From NCBI RefSeq assembly GCF_016433145.1, contig NC_058134.1, forward strand, positions 223,827,583 to 223,891,582: 64,000 nt of DNA. The letters run 5' to 3'. The notes beneath the pieces were generated by a model, which did not search any database, was not told where the DNA came from, and saw only the letters and a program-made list of their open reading frames with translations. This stretch comes from Gracilinanus agilis. Its lineage: Eukaryota. Numbering within the stretch: position 1 is the first letter of the stretch; each line of letters opens with the position of its first letter. Below, in pieces: positions 25,450 to 38,231 of the stretch. Both the position numbers and the translations under genes were made by a program.

Positions 25450-28400
25450 AGAAGATGGCAGACTAGGGCGTGAAGCTTCCTCACCCTCTTAATAACCCCC
25501 ACAAACAACCAAAAATAATTCCAAAGAATCAATGCTAAAAGTGGCAAAAACAGACAGAAGTAAGGAGCAAAAGTGAACAGCCAGGGAAAACTAGGGAGGG
25601 TTTCTGGCTTCCCTGGCCTTAGTTCCATCACTACAGGCCCTGGGGGCAGAAACAGAGCAGAAACTATGGCAATCAACAAAACTCCAAACAGCAACCTCAC
25701 CTTGTTTACTAAACCCAGGAGTTTGCATCCCAGAGGATACCACTGGAACCCAGGCAAAGGGCCCCGGGAACAACTGTGTCTGCTGCAGCCTCAGGCTCCA
25801 AGAGATCCCTATTGGCCCATAGCTGGAGATTGAGGAAGTGAACACCACAAAGACTATGGATGCCAGGCTCTAAGGGCAGGAGTTCAAGCCTGGCTGCTAA
25901 CAAACAAGGGAAAGAACATGAATCATGTAACCATGGAAAAATATTCTAAATTAATTAATCAATTAAAAATAAAAATAAATATTTTAAAAAGACAAACAAA
26001 AAAACAACCAAATAAGGGATTTTGGAAGTCTGAGGAATACAGACTAGACACCTGCTCTAACCTGGGCTGCAGCAATAGGAGAGGAGGAGAGAGGAAGGTG
26101 TGCACACCCAGTTGAGTGTGGTTGCTGAGGGACTGGAACCCCATCAGCTTTGGTCACTCCCAGGAGCGTGGAGTCCCTGGTTGCTGCCACAGGGGGAGGT
26201 GCACTGGATGCTTGCAAATGCAGTGGTAGAACTGCCCACAGGCTCTGGTTGGAACACCTGAGGTCAATCACGGAGCAGGACTTGAGTGGGTCAGAGATCA
26301 CATCAGTCCTCAGACAATAAAAACTGGAATAATTAAACCAAACCCAGGAAAAAAACAAATGCACAAAAAATCCTGAAAGTACACTAGGGACCCTGAGACT
26401 CCAGCAAAAAGTCAATAATTAAGTCTATTGGCCTGGTCACTAAAATTAAAAAACAAATAAATAAAAATGAGCAAGCAAAGGAGAATCCCAACTATTGACA
26501 ACTACTATAGGGATAGAGAAGAAATTGGCTCAAACTTAAAGGTCAGTGAAGTAAAAACACCTACTTCAAAAACAGCAAATAAATACAATGGCCACAAACT
26601 CAAAAGGAACTTTTGGAAGTGCTTAAAAAAGACTTCAAAAAACAAATGAATGAGATGGAGGAAAAATTAGGGAAAAATATAAGAAGCAATGCAAGAAAAT
26701 TATGAAAGAAAGATCACCCAAATGGAAAAAGGTATCCAGAAATGCACAGAAGAAAATAATTATTAAGAACTAGAATTGTACAAGAACTGACCCATATCAA
26801 GAAGTAGGAGGACATGGTTGGGGTGGGGGGGATAAAGAAAGGCTTTTTTGTAAAAGTGGGTAGAATAAGAATTAAAAGGTAATTGGGAAGGGAAAAGAAA
26901 GGGACCTTTGGATAAGTGGGCCAAGTTTGGAGCTAGGAGAGCAAGAGATTTGGGTAAGGGAGGATTTGTGGGAAGGAGTGAATCAGAAATAGATTGGTCA
27001 AAGAAAATTGGACATCTGAGGAGAGACATGGCAGAAAGGAAGAGGGTGATAAGGAGGAACAGAGTAGATAAGAAATGCACAGCTAATAACTATGACACTG
27101 AAGGTACAGGGGATTAATTCACCCATGGGAAGAAAATAGAGAGAAGAAAGAATCAAAAACCAGGACCTCACAATGTGGTGATTATAAGAAACACAATGAA
27201 AATGGGAGAACACAGAGAATGAAAGTTAGGGGCTGGAGTACAATATACAATGCTTCAGCTGATCCAGAGAAAATAGTGGTAGCAGTTATGATTTCTCATA
27301 GAGTTAGGGCTAAAATGGACATGATTGGAAGGGATGACAAACAGGGGAACTATATTATGTTGGAGTGGAGGGTTACTATGGATAATGACGCTTTATCAGT
27401 ATTGGATTTGTATGCAACAAGTGTCATAACATCCAGATATTTAAAGGAAAAAATAAATGGCATGATAATAGCAGGAAACTTTAATTTTCCCCTATCAGAA
27501 CTAGATAAATCTAATTTTAAAAAATAAATAAGAAGTTAAGAAGATGAATAGAACTTTAGATAAGTTAAATAGGATAGATTTCTAGGGAACCTCACCTCCT
27601 ACACTGCATGAGGCTAATAGTTGATCTAAGCCTGAGCATATATATAATCCAAACACTGTCTCTGGTGGGATAAAAAGGCTTAGAAAGCATAAATATTCTG
27701 CAAAAGTCTTATTTTAACACTTACTATGGAGGTAATCCTACATTCCTAAGGGTTGTACCATTGGAACAAAAGTTCCACTGGGTATGACCAAGCTGGGAAG
27801 ATTTGGTTTTGGAAAGAGTATGGTCCTGGCAACAGCCTGTGTCTGCTAGCTAAAGCCTACTAATCTAGTTAAATATGGTCCTGGTAATGTATGTTAACTA
27901 AGAACCATGGGTTAAATTGATCAAATTCAATGCTGAAAGGAACATGGAAAAATATGCCTAATATTACATTGCTAGAACAGCTGTGAATTGTTTTTTAGAA
28001 AACAAGGTAAAAATATTCATTAAGAAGAGTAAAGCTGTTCATGAAAATTGACCAGGGGTTCTCATTACTAGAATTAGACCCTTAGGGCATTATTGAGAAC
28101 CTAAAAAGCTGTGTATGTATGAAAATATTCATAGAAGCTTTGTTTGTAATGACAAAATAACTGGAAATAACAAAAATGCAATGATTGAGAGAAATGGCCG
28201 AATAGACTGTGATATTTGAAAGTAATAGATTATTATATGTTATTAGAAATTACAAAATATTAGGAATATAAAGAAAATAAGGGAAATATATGAAGAGATG
28301 AAAAAAAGAAAAGAGAATGATACATACTGTGATTATATTCTTTTAAAAAACAGCCATAAAATTAAGAGAAAAAAGAAATTTTAAACAGCATGGAGTTTGT

Positions 28401-28490
28401 AGTTTTGCACATAATTTTTTATGTAGTTGTTTATTTAAATGTTTTTTTGGTGGTGATGGTAGTTACTAAGTATATAATAAAAAAATTTTA
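25450..28490 (+). mobile_element. Composite degenerate L1: 5' UTR pieces, ORF1 remnant (about 26465-26760), endonuclease remnant (27219-27590), 3' end (about 28100-28490); short L1 3' stub at about 25903-25985
   Basis: ORF 27219..27527 (KVRGWSTIYNAS...GNYIML...LYA...AGNFNFPLSELDKSN) is homologous to the L1 ORF2 APE domain; ORF 26467..26649 resembles the marsupial ORF1 N-terminus. Confidence 0.8.
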
Positions 28491-28532
28491 AAAAAAAAAC
28501 ATAAGAGTGAATATTAAATGTATGGCACTGAC

Positions 28533-28565
28533 CTTTAGAAATGCTGGAAGCAGTCTCCATTTTTC
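28533..28565 (-). CDS. POLR3B: POLR3B exon 2 (33 nt; EKWRLLPAFLK)
   Basis: cacag acceptor, GTCAGT donor; in frame with exons 1 and 3. Confidence 0.97.
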
Positions 28566-29380
28566 CTGTGAATGAGAACAGTAAGAATTAGGGATTGGAT
28601 AAAATATGCTATTTAGTCAAAGATTTTCAACAGTTATAAATAAGAAAGAATGACCCATAAAAGAGCTAGGTCAGCACTATTAAAATAACAACAATAATTT
28701 CCTCCTTTCATGGCATCAGTGTAAAAGCAGGAGTTGGACAAGAGTGACTTTTCTCAAAAAATGTGAAACATTTCTTTAAGTACCAAAACAATTTTTATGG
28801 AAATTATTTTTAAATTTATTCCACATTTCCCTGCCTTGTTAAAAGAAAATGAATAAATGATCTTATTAATTAATTCCTATGCCATGAAATGATGTTTTCA
28901 GGAGCTGCTAGATGAAGAGATCTGTTTTGGGCCCATACTTGAATGACCCCTTTACAGTACAATTAATTTGAGGTCTGCTTTTTAGGGTTCTTTGGTCTTC
29001 TCTAGCAAGTTGACAGCTATTACTTCTGGCAGTCAATATGCCTATTTTCACAAGTCTCCTGCTGCCTTTTCTAACTGTCAGTTTGTGATCAGCCATAAGT
29101 TGGTAAACTAGACTACTCAGTTTATGGAATTGGCACTTCAGATTTAGTCAAGAACACTAGACCTAGAGTATACATAGATAAATCTGTCCAGGGGGTGGTA
29201 CATTCTTAAAGGCATGAGAAAAAACTTTTCAAGATATCTCAAAGAGAGGAAGACACTTGAAAAATGGGGGGAAAAAACATAAATGGTATTAGTATCAAAG
29301 AGGTAAGTAAAGAAGATGTTATCAATTATCTATCAACATGTCTTCTTTCTCATTTCTATTCTGTCTTTATAAGAATAGCC

Positions 29381-29580
29381 CGGGCAGCTGGGTAGCTCAG
29401 TGGATTGAGAGCCAGGCCTAGAGATGGGAGGTCCTAGGTTCAAATCCGGCCTCAGACACTTCCCAGCTGTGTGACCCTGGGCAAGTCACTTGACCCCCAT
29501 TGCCTACCCTTACCACTCTTCCACCTGTAAGTCAATACACGGAAATTAAGGGTTTTAAAAAAAAAAATAAAAAAAAAAAA
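29381..29580 (+). mobile_element. Young SINE1_Mdo-type element
   Basis: Full length with CpG retained (aatccggcc); short TSD aatagcc. Confidence 0.9.
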
Positions 29581-29826
29581 TAGCCTAAATACGTTTTAAG
29601 GGTAGCCTTGAGGAAATTATGATGAAAGAGAACGAAGAGACTTCAGTCAATTACTTTCTATAGCAGATCACATCTTTATAACAGCATCACTCATTCAATA
29701 AACAGTTAAGTGCCTACTAAGTGCCAGGTTCTGGGCTAAGCACTGAGGACACAAAAAAAGGCAAAAAACAGACCTTGCCTTCAAGGACCTCACAATCTAA
29801 AGAGGAAGGAAATAAGTACACAACTA

Positions 29827-29829
<3 letters not shown>

Positions 29830-29867
<38 letters not shown>
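29830..29867. repeat. Poly(A)38 run
   Basis: Uninterrupted A run inside an old repeat (L2-like at about 29690-29830). Confidence 0.95.
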
Positions 29868-29870
<3 letters not shown>

Positions 29871-30139
29871 ATACAGGATAAATGGAAAGTAACTAACAGA
29901 ATTGAAAGACTGAGAAAGGCTTCCAGCAGAAGATGGGATTTTAGATGTTGGGGAATACCAATAGCAAGAGATGAGAGAAGTGAAGGGAGAGCATTCCTGG
30001 CATGAAGGGAAGCCAGAGAAAATACCCAGAGCCAAGAAATGGAGTGACAGGAAGATGTACAAAGTACATGATCCTTCAGTACTTACTATTAATTCTAATA
30101 AAGTAGATTCAATAAAGCAAAATGTAGCCTCTCCTCAGA

Positions 30140-30370
30140 AAAGAGGACAATTAGGGTGGGGAGAGGCTGGGCCTGGAGTCAACAAATCCTCAGTTCAAAT
30201 CTGTCCTCACACACTTACTAGCTATGTGACCATAATCAAGTCACTTAGCCTCTCTTTGCCTTAGTTTCTTCAACTGTAAAATGAGAATAATAAAAGCACC
30301 TATCTTAAAGGCTCATTGTAAGGATCAAATGAGATACTTGTGTTAAAAAAAAAAGGCATTTAGCACAGAG
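30140..30370 (+). mobile_element. MIR
   Basis: agttcaaatctgtcctc...tagtttcttcaactgtaaaatgagaataataaaagcacc is the MIR core. Confidence 0.75.
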
Positions 30371-30384
30371 CCAACATGCAATTG

Positions 30385-30665
30385 TCACTTCATTTCCAAA
30401 GAAGACCAGTGACATTCTCAGGGAGATGTTATGACTTGCACTTAAACTGAATTTAAGTGAGGCAGAGTTGCACGAAGTCCTTAGTCTCACTGTCTCTGCC
30501 AGAGTCATCGAAGGACATTGACAAGACAAATGTCAGGAAGACTGGTGATGGCCTGGGATGCAGTAGTTAAGCTTGGCATCTTTGATGTCTGATCAAGCTC
30601 TAAGTGCTTCAGCTGCCTTCATGGATTTTGAAACAAACTGTTCTCATCCACCCATTCCCCTGGGT
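30385..30665 (+). mobile_element. RTE-related marsupial SINE (WALLSI4/Mar4-like); second copy at about 51100-51400
   Basis: The two window copies share aagtgaggcagagttgcac...gatggcctggg...tgtctga...aacaaactgttctca; family name recalled from memory. Confidence 0.55.
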
Positions 30666-31091
30666 TTGGTTGTTTGTTTGTTTGTTTTTATGTATCACAT
30701 CTCTTTACTAAGAAAGAAAGGCAGAGTGAAGAAAGGAACTAGGAACCAGAAAAAGAAGGATCTGTTCAAGAGCCTGCCTTTTGATCAGTAAGAGCAGTGT
30801 GGCCTTAAAATTATTTAAGTCCTCAAGCTTTCTTGTCTAGTGCAGAAAGATGATTAAGTGGGAATTGCAACTACATCACAATGGACTGGATGAAGTGGCT
30901 TCTGAGGTCTCTTCCAGCTCCCCTTTCTGGGCTTCAGTTTCCTCTTCTGCAAAACGAGGGAGCTGGACTCAACCTCTAAGATCCCTTCCAGCTCTATATA
31001 TATGATCCTAGGTCATTACAGTTTTCTGAAACTCAGTTTCCTCATTTGTAATATGAGGGGACTGGGCAAAGCAGGTTGCCTTGTCTCTTTA

Positions 31092-31730
<639 letters not shown>

Positions 31731-31837
31731 CACGGGAAAAGGATAGGCCAGAGTTTCTTTCCACTCAAAGGCTATCTCCATTGTGACGCCTGTCCTGATT
31801 CTCCCAGCTGTTAGTCCCTTGTATGCATAATGAAATG

Positions 31838-32035
31838 GGGGGCCTCTGGGTGGCTCTGTGGATTGAGAGCCAGGCCGAGAAGGGAGGCCCTGGGTTCAAA
31901 TGTTACCTCAGACATTTCCTAGTTGTGTGACCCTGGCGGAGTCACTTAACCCCCATTGCCTAGCCCTTACCACTCTTCTGCCTTAGAACCAATACTGATT
32001 CTAAGATGGAAGGTAAGGGTTTAAAACAAAAAAAC
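31838..32035 (+). mobile_element. CORE-SINE at the upstream edge of the CpG island
   Basis: Full SINE consensus with an A tail. Confidence 0.85.
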
Positions 32036-32499
32036 AGCGTAAGATATTCATGATAAGCTGGATTCCTCACTTCCTGGCAGAAAGAGGATGGCTTGGAGGT
32101 ATATAAGGAGACATACATTTCAAAGCATTGTCATGATATGGTTTGTTTGTTTTTTCACTTTTTACATAATCACATTTATTATAAGAGAAGTTGTTTTTAT
32201 TTTATTTTTTAATTGGAGGGTGAGAGCAAGGAAACAGGCTAGCAATCTGGTAACTGTTTTGGTCCAAAAGAAAGAAAAGAGGACCATGGAAACTTTTTTT
32301 TTAATGGACAAAAGAGAACAAAGGGAAATTTAGAGAAAGACACAGATAAAGACAGCTTTGAAACTACATAATAAATTTATTACTTTTGATTGTGAGCTCA
32401 TTCCAAGAATAGAACTTCTCATTCATTGTGCTTTGATTCCCAGCTGGCACAGCCATTGCTTAATAAATGACTGATGATATACTTTTTAAAAAGTTGTAT

Positions 32500-33025
32500 G
32501 GGTCAGCTAGGTAGGCAGTGGATAGAGAACCAGGCCTGGAGTCTGAAGAAACTACTTGGGTTCAAATCTGGTCTCAGATACATCCCAGCTGGGTGACTCT
32601 GGGCAAATCATTTAACCTCAATTGCCTAACCCTTGCCACTCTTCTGAAGTCTTAGAATTGATAGTAAGGTAGAAGGTAAAAGTTTGTTTTTTTTTAAAAA
32701 GTTCTTTATAATTGAGATTTGAAATTCATACATTACCCTTCCTTTTCTGTTCTTCACATATGTAAATGTTCACAATTGTTGACATTTGTCAAGTAAAGAA
32801 TAACAAAAATAAAAATGTTTTCATGGAGAAGCTGGGTAGCTCAGTGGATTCAGAGCCAGGCCTAGAGATAGGAGATCCTGGGTTAAAACTGGCCTTAGAA
32901 ACTTATTAGCTGTGTGGCCTCTGGATAAGTCACTTAAACCTGCCATTGCCTACCCCTTACCACTTTTCTGCCTTGGAACTGATACACAATATTGATTCCA
33001 AGCCAAAATACAAGGGTTTAAAATA
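32500..33025 (+). mobile_element. Two CORE-SINE copies (about 32500-32700 and 32826-33025)
   Basis: Both match the SINE consensus. Confidence 0.8.
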
Positions 33026-33139
33026 TGTGTGTGTGTTTATACATTTTTTTAAAGAACAGCAGAACCAGGTGGGTTGTAACAGAGATTATACCCTGACTAA
33101 CCAAGACTTAAAGTCCCCAAAGATGAGCAGTATTGGCTG

Positions 33140-34345
33140 AGTCTCTAAAAATCCTCTCAATGGATGTGGCAAAATTGGGACATTAATACATTGCTGGTGG
33201 GGGCAACTGGGTAGCTCAGTGGATTGAGAGCCAGGCCTAGAGACAGGAAGTCCTAGGTTCAAATCCGGCCTCAGACACTTCCCAGCTGTGTGACCCTGGG
33301 CAAGTCACTTGACCCCCATTGCCTACCCTTACCAATCTTCCACCTATAAGTCAATACAAAGAAGTTAAGGGTTTAAAATTAAAAAAAAATACATTGCTGG
33401 TGGAGTTGAAAATTGGTCCAACCATTCTGGAGAGCAATTTGGAACTATGCACAAAGGGCTTTAAATGAATGCCTGCCCTTTGATTGAGCCATACTACTGC
33501 TGGGTTTGTATCCCAAAGAGATAATAGGGAAAATAAAAGCTGTGTATTTTGTGGTGACAAAAAAATTGGAAAATGAGGCAGTGTTCATCAGTTGGGAAAT
33601 GGCTGAACAAATTGTAGTATTTGTTGGTGATGGAATACTATTGTGCTGAAAGGAATAATGAACTGGAGGAATTCCATGTGAACTGGAACAACCTCCAGGA
33701 ATTGATGCAGAGTGAAAGGAGCAGGACCAGGTAAACATTGTACACAGAGACCGATACACTGTGGCACAACTGAAAGTAATGGACTTTTCTACCAGTAGTA
33801 ATGCAATGACCCAGGACAATCCAGAGGAACTTCTGAGAAAGAATGCTATCCATATCCAAAGAAAGAACTGTGGGAGCAGAAATGTATTAGAAAATATATG
33901 ATTGACCACATAGTGCAATGGGGATGTGATTAGGGTTTTGATGTTAAAGGATCGCTCTACTGCTAATAATAACACGGGAATAGGTTTTGAACAATGATAC
34001 ATGTATAACCCAGTGGAACTGCTTGTTGGCTTTGGAAGGGGGGAGGAGAAAGTGTGTGGGGGTGGGGCGGGGAATCATGAATGATGTAACCATTGTTATT
34101 GTTATAGGGAGTTGAGCATATGAGCAGGATCTGCTGAAAAGGCAAAGGCAGAAAAGATACATCAACAGAGCTTCTTAAATCATCTAAGGTATCCTGTCAG
34201 CTTTATCCTGTTGGCCTTCCCAGACCCTGTGTATCTTCTGATACTGGCCTGAAACCTACTAACATCCCATTACCGTCACCCTTGTATATTCTAGTTACTT
34301 ATTTCACCATGGAAAAATATCCTAAATAAAATTAAAAAATAAAAA
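33140..34345 (+). mobile_element. L1_Mdo-type 3' fragment, interrupted by a SINE (33200-33390, TSD aatacattgctggtg) and a solo LTR (34094-34306)
   Basis: L1 ORF2 C-terminal/3' UTR signature; both insertions have TSDs and the L1 resumes after each. Confidence 0.85.
34094..34306. mobile_element. Short solo LTR (213 bp), ERV1-like
   Basis: Begins TG, ends CA, flanked by a perfect 4-bp TSD (ccat), and splits the L1 3' motif gtaaccatggaaaaatat. Confidence 0.7.
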
Positions 34346-34389
34346 TCCCCTCAATGAAACAGACACACCAGTCGTTTTTTAATCAATGC

Positions 34390-34395
34390 TTTAAT
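34390..34395 (-). terminator. Candidate distal polyadenylation signal of TCP11L2 (ATTAAA); alternative AATAAA at 34723-34728
   Basis: ATTAAA on the minus strand is followed about 20 nt later by a GU-rich element (tggtgtgtctgtttc). No transcript evidence available. Confidence 0.5.
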
Positions 34396-34407
34396 ATTTA
34401 ACTGAAA

Positions 34408-34412
34408 ACACA

Positions 34413-34459
<47 letters not shown>
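34408..34459. repeat. (CA)n microsatellite
   Basis: Read directly from the sequence. Confidence 0.95.
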
Positions 34460-34463
<4 letters not shown>

Positions 34464-36860
34464 TTGCCAGCTTGTATGGAACTAGTTCTTGCCAAAAATT
34501 TCACAAGTGGAATTTAAACAATACGTTAAAATATTAGTTTTACATTTTATAAACCTTGCATAGCAAAATGTGACCTTGTTAAGAAACTACCCTGGAAGCC
34601 AATGTTTAAACAACCTTAGAATGAATGGCATCCAGGAGGATAGGAAATCAGATACCTCAGTGAATACAGTTGCCTAAATCCAGAGACAGATTTGTTTTGC
34701 CACTTTTAAAAATAAAATGCCCTTTATTTTAAATGTAATTTTTGAAAAAGTGTTTATAAGTTGTTTTTCCGTGCAATATAAATTAAATACATAAAAGAAT
34801 CACAACTGGATTCAAATTTTATGGTAAAAATAAGCTCTGCTTTTATCTCCCTGTTTTAAACAGGCTGGTCACTTACAGGAAAAGAGAGAAAAGGTGACTT
34901 ACTGGATTCTGTCCCCTCTAAACCCTTCATATGGGGGCAAAGAACAGGACAGAGAATGCAAGAAACATCAAGTTAGATTCAGCACCGTACTGAATGGAAG
35001 CTGTGCCAGGAAGAGAATGGTGGCATTGTACCTTGCTGTGCCCATGAAGAGAGTTCCATTCAGGCAACGGTCCATATGGAGATGGCATATATTTTTAATT
35101 GGTCATTCAGGGAGAAAATAAGTTAAATGAATGCTCTCAGAGTTGGACATATAAAGATCAACATTTATCACATTTGCCCTATCATTTTCTTTAACCTTAA
35201 AAATATAAAGGAGTCAAAACCCCAAATAAAAGGGGGTGTTTTTTGGGGAGGAGGAGGGCAACAGTGGTGGTAGTAGCAAGGATAAACAGAAAAGAAACTT
35301 GAGAAGGGGGAAAGTAACATTAACTACATAGGCCTCCCTTCTCACACACAAACAACTCCTAAGTTACAATTAAGTATGTATATTGACTCAAGTTAACTGT
35401 GCCCAGTGGAGCCCAAGACAATAATCACCCTTTGAGGAAATAGTTTTGTAAAGGAGGTGCAGTTCCCCCAGGAGGCCCATTCTAATGCTGGTGCATTCTC
35501 TGATTCTCAGTGAAGAATTCTGGTACATGCAGTTGTCTTTCAAAATCAAAGGTCCATGAGGGCCCAGCGTCTCAAAGTGTTCTGAATGCTTAAGGATACA
35601 AATAAAAGAGGCACAAAATAGGTTAGCAGACATCAAAATTAAGTGATATAGAAGCTCAAGTTAATTTTTTTTCTCTTTCCAGATGTAAAATCACTTAAAA
35701 AACAAACAAACAACAACAACAACAAAAAAAAAACAAAAACAAACCAACAACAACCAAGGTTTGCTTGTTGGCAATATCCCAAATCATTACCTGGGATTAT
35801 ACAGATCCTTTTTCTCTCCCAAGCAAACCAAATTTCCTATCATCCAAGGCTACCTTTAAAAGGCAACATCTCTTCTATTCTTTCATCTGATTGGCTGAGA
35901 TCTACAAGGAGCCTCTAGGCCAGAGGCTTGGACCCCAAAGAAGGCTGCCTCCTTGCAGATTTTCCTACCAGTTCCATGTAGAGAAAATGCAACCTTCAGT
36001 ATAAAATTTCTTTGAAGTGATTGGTTTCTAACAAGCTGCTACACCCTAGGAGTTTTTCTATGACATCAAAACAACATGGCTTTCAAAGATTTCAAATCAA
36101 ATACAAATACTGACGTCTGGCAACGTAACAAGTGATTTGGTTCTTGTCATGTAAACCCTTCCACGTAAGTGCTCAGATCCTGGGGACGGAGGGAAATCCT
36201 ATGTACGCTTCCTTTTCCAGAGCAACAATAAAAAGTAATTGTACGTTTCGGTTACAATTGCATTGACCTACATCATTTTACCAGTCTGTTTAATAGTAGG
36301 GATTTCTTCATCCCTTTAGTGACTGCCCTCACCACTCCCTGATCCACAACCCGCTCACAAGTTGTACCAAAATAAAATTTAGATTCGGTAAGGGACAAGT
36401 TAGGAGCAATAACACCTAGACTGGGAATTTGGCTAGGTAAGAATTCATTAGTTAATTAATGCTATTAGGATCGCAGGATCAAGGAAACCTTAACAAAAAT
36501 ATCACATACAGGGGATATAATCCATTATATAAAATGTTTCTTTTCCTTCAGAAGTCTCTCTTCAAAACAAAACAAAACAAAAAACAAACAAACAAAAAAA
36601 AAAACACCATGGTTTCCTTCTAATAAGTTTTCAAAGAGGGATAGAATGTGTGGGCCAGCGGTGCCACAAGTATAGTCCTGTAACTAACAGGAAAGGAGTC
36701 ACACAGATCCCAGGTAACCTTGAAAAACAGATGGGAGGTGGGGGGGTAGGGAACAGGGAATATGCCCCAGTCCTTGTAATGCAGATTCAGGGAAAGAACC
36801 AGGACGGGCAGGCTCTGATGGTCTCAAGTGGCCACTCCTCCTTCTGATGCCAGCTCACTG

Positions 36861-37105
36861 CTAGTTCCTGGGAGGATCCGTGTCTGCTGTTCTGCCTCCT
36901 TCCTCGATGAAAAGGAGTTTTCGAAGAATATTTGCATAAAAGGGTCCGTACACTTGTTTGTTAAGGTTTACAATGTTTGCGTACTGAGAGCCCAGAGTCT
37001 CTAGCTCCGGCTGGATGATGGTGAGGCCTCCAGGCACAGGGGGCATGCATTTCTGAAGGCTTGGAACATTGAGGAGACTCTTCATATACAGATGGATTCG
37101 TTTAT
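36861..37105 (-). CDS. TCP11L2: T-complex protein 11-like 2, last coding exon (245 nt; D-KRIHLYMKSLLNVPSLQKCMPPVPGG...VYGPFYANILRKLLFIEEGGRTADTDPPRN*)
   Basis: YANIVNLNKQVYGPFYANILRKLLF matches TCP11L2 as recalled; TAG stop at 36863-36861; ttttttcag acceptor. Confidence 0.96.
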
Positions 37106-37499
37106 CTGAAAAAAATTAATGCAGAAAGCTCCGTGAGCAAGGGGAGTGACTGTGCCTCGTGAGACCGTGCATTCTGATCCAGAAGAGTCCATCGAGCCCA
37201 ATCTCCTCATTTTAGGATCACAGCACTAAGGAAATCCAAAGCTAAAGAAAGTAGGATGCAGAGAACCCAACTTGTCTAAACACACACAAACAGAAAATGA
37301 CAGGCTGGATTTGAATCCGGATCAGAAGACAAATCTGGTATTCACTCCACTGTCCTTCATTGGGACAATAGCTACAATAGCTATCTAGATATTATTACTT
37401 CCATTTTACAGATGGGAAATCTAAGGTACGAAGAGGAGGCAGCTGGTCACACAGTGGATAGACCATTGGAGCTGCTGTCAAGAAGTCCCAAGTTCAACA

Positions 37500-37740
37500 T
37501 GGGTTGAGGCGGACATGATTGGGGATGTAGACTTGAAACTACCACACCAATGCTACTATCAACAATTTGGAAATAGGTCTTGATCAATGACATATGATAA
37601 AACAAGTAGAAATGCATATTGGCCAGGGGAGGGGAGAAAGTCGGGGTGGGGGGGGTGAAGGGGAAAGTAAGAGCATGAATCATGTAATCATGTTAACTTT
37701 TCTAAAAAATAAGTATTAATAAATGTTAAAAAAAAAAAAA
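37500..37740 (+). mobile_element. L1 3' UTR stub inserted into a SINE/MIR
   Basis: atgattggggatgtagac...gagcatgaatcatgtaa...A tail; SINE sequence on both sides (about 37435 and 37745). Confidence 0.75.
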
Positions 37741-38033
37741 AGAAGTCTCAAGTTCAAATCCTGCCTAAGATACTTCATCACTGGGTCACCCTACACAAGT
37801 CACTCACCCTGGGTGGCCTCCGTTTCCTAAATATAGAATGAGAATAATGATAATAATAGCACCTCCCTCCCTGGGTTGCTGTGAGAATCCAATGAGATAA
37901 TGATTGTAAAGCCCTTAGCACAGTAGGTGCTTACTAAATGCTATGCTTATTCCCTTCAGTTCCCTTCCCTGACATCATCTAGTATATATTGTGCATTTTG
38001 AAATGCACTAACCCTGGGAGACTACCTCTACCC

Positions 38034-38231
38034 TGGTATTCCCAAAGTGGGCGCTACCGCCCCCTGGTGGGTGCTGCAGCGATCCAGGATCCAAGGGAGG
38101 CGGTGATGGTCACAGGTGCATTTATCTTTCCTATTAAGTGCTATTAAAATTTTAAAAATTAATTTCCAGGGCACTAAGTAATATTTTTTCTGGAAAGGGG
38201 GCGGTAGGCCAAAAAAGTTTAGGAACCACTG
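38034..38231 (-). mobile_element. Near full-length non-autonomous hAT-Charlie MITE
   Basis: Ends ...tttaggaaccactg (inverted terminus); TSD ctctaccc / gtctaccc; CpGs retained; homologous to 3985-4147. Confidence 0.88.

Noticed and set aside
25215-25757. 180-aa minus-strand ORF
   Set aside because: Made of antisense SINE and L1 5' UTR sequence; no protein-like features.
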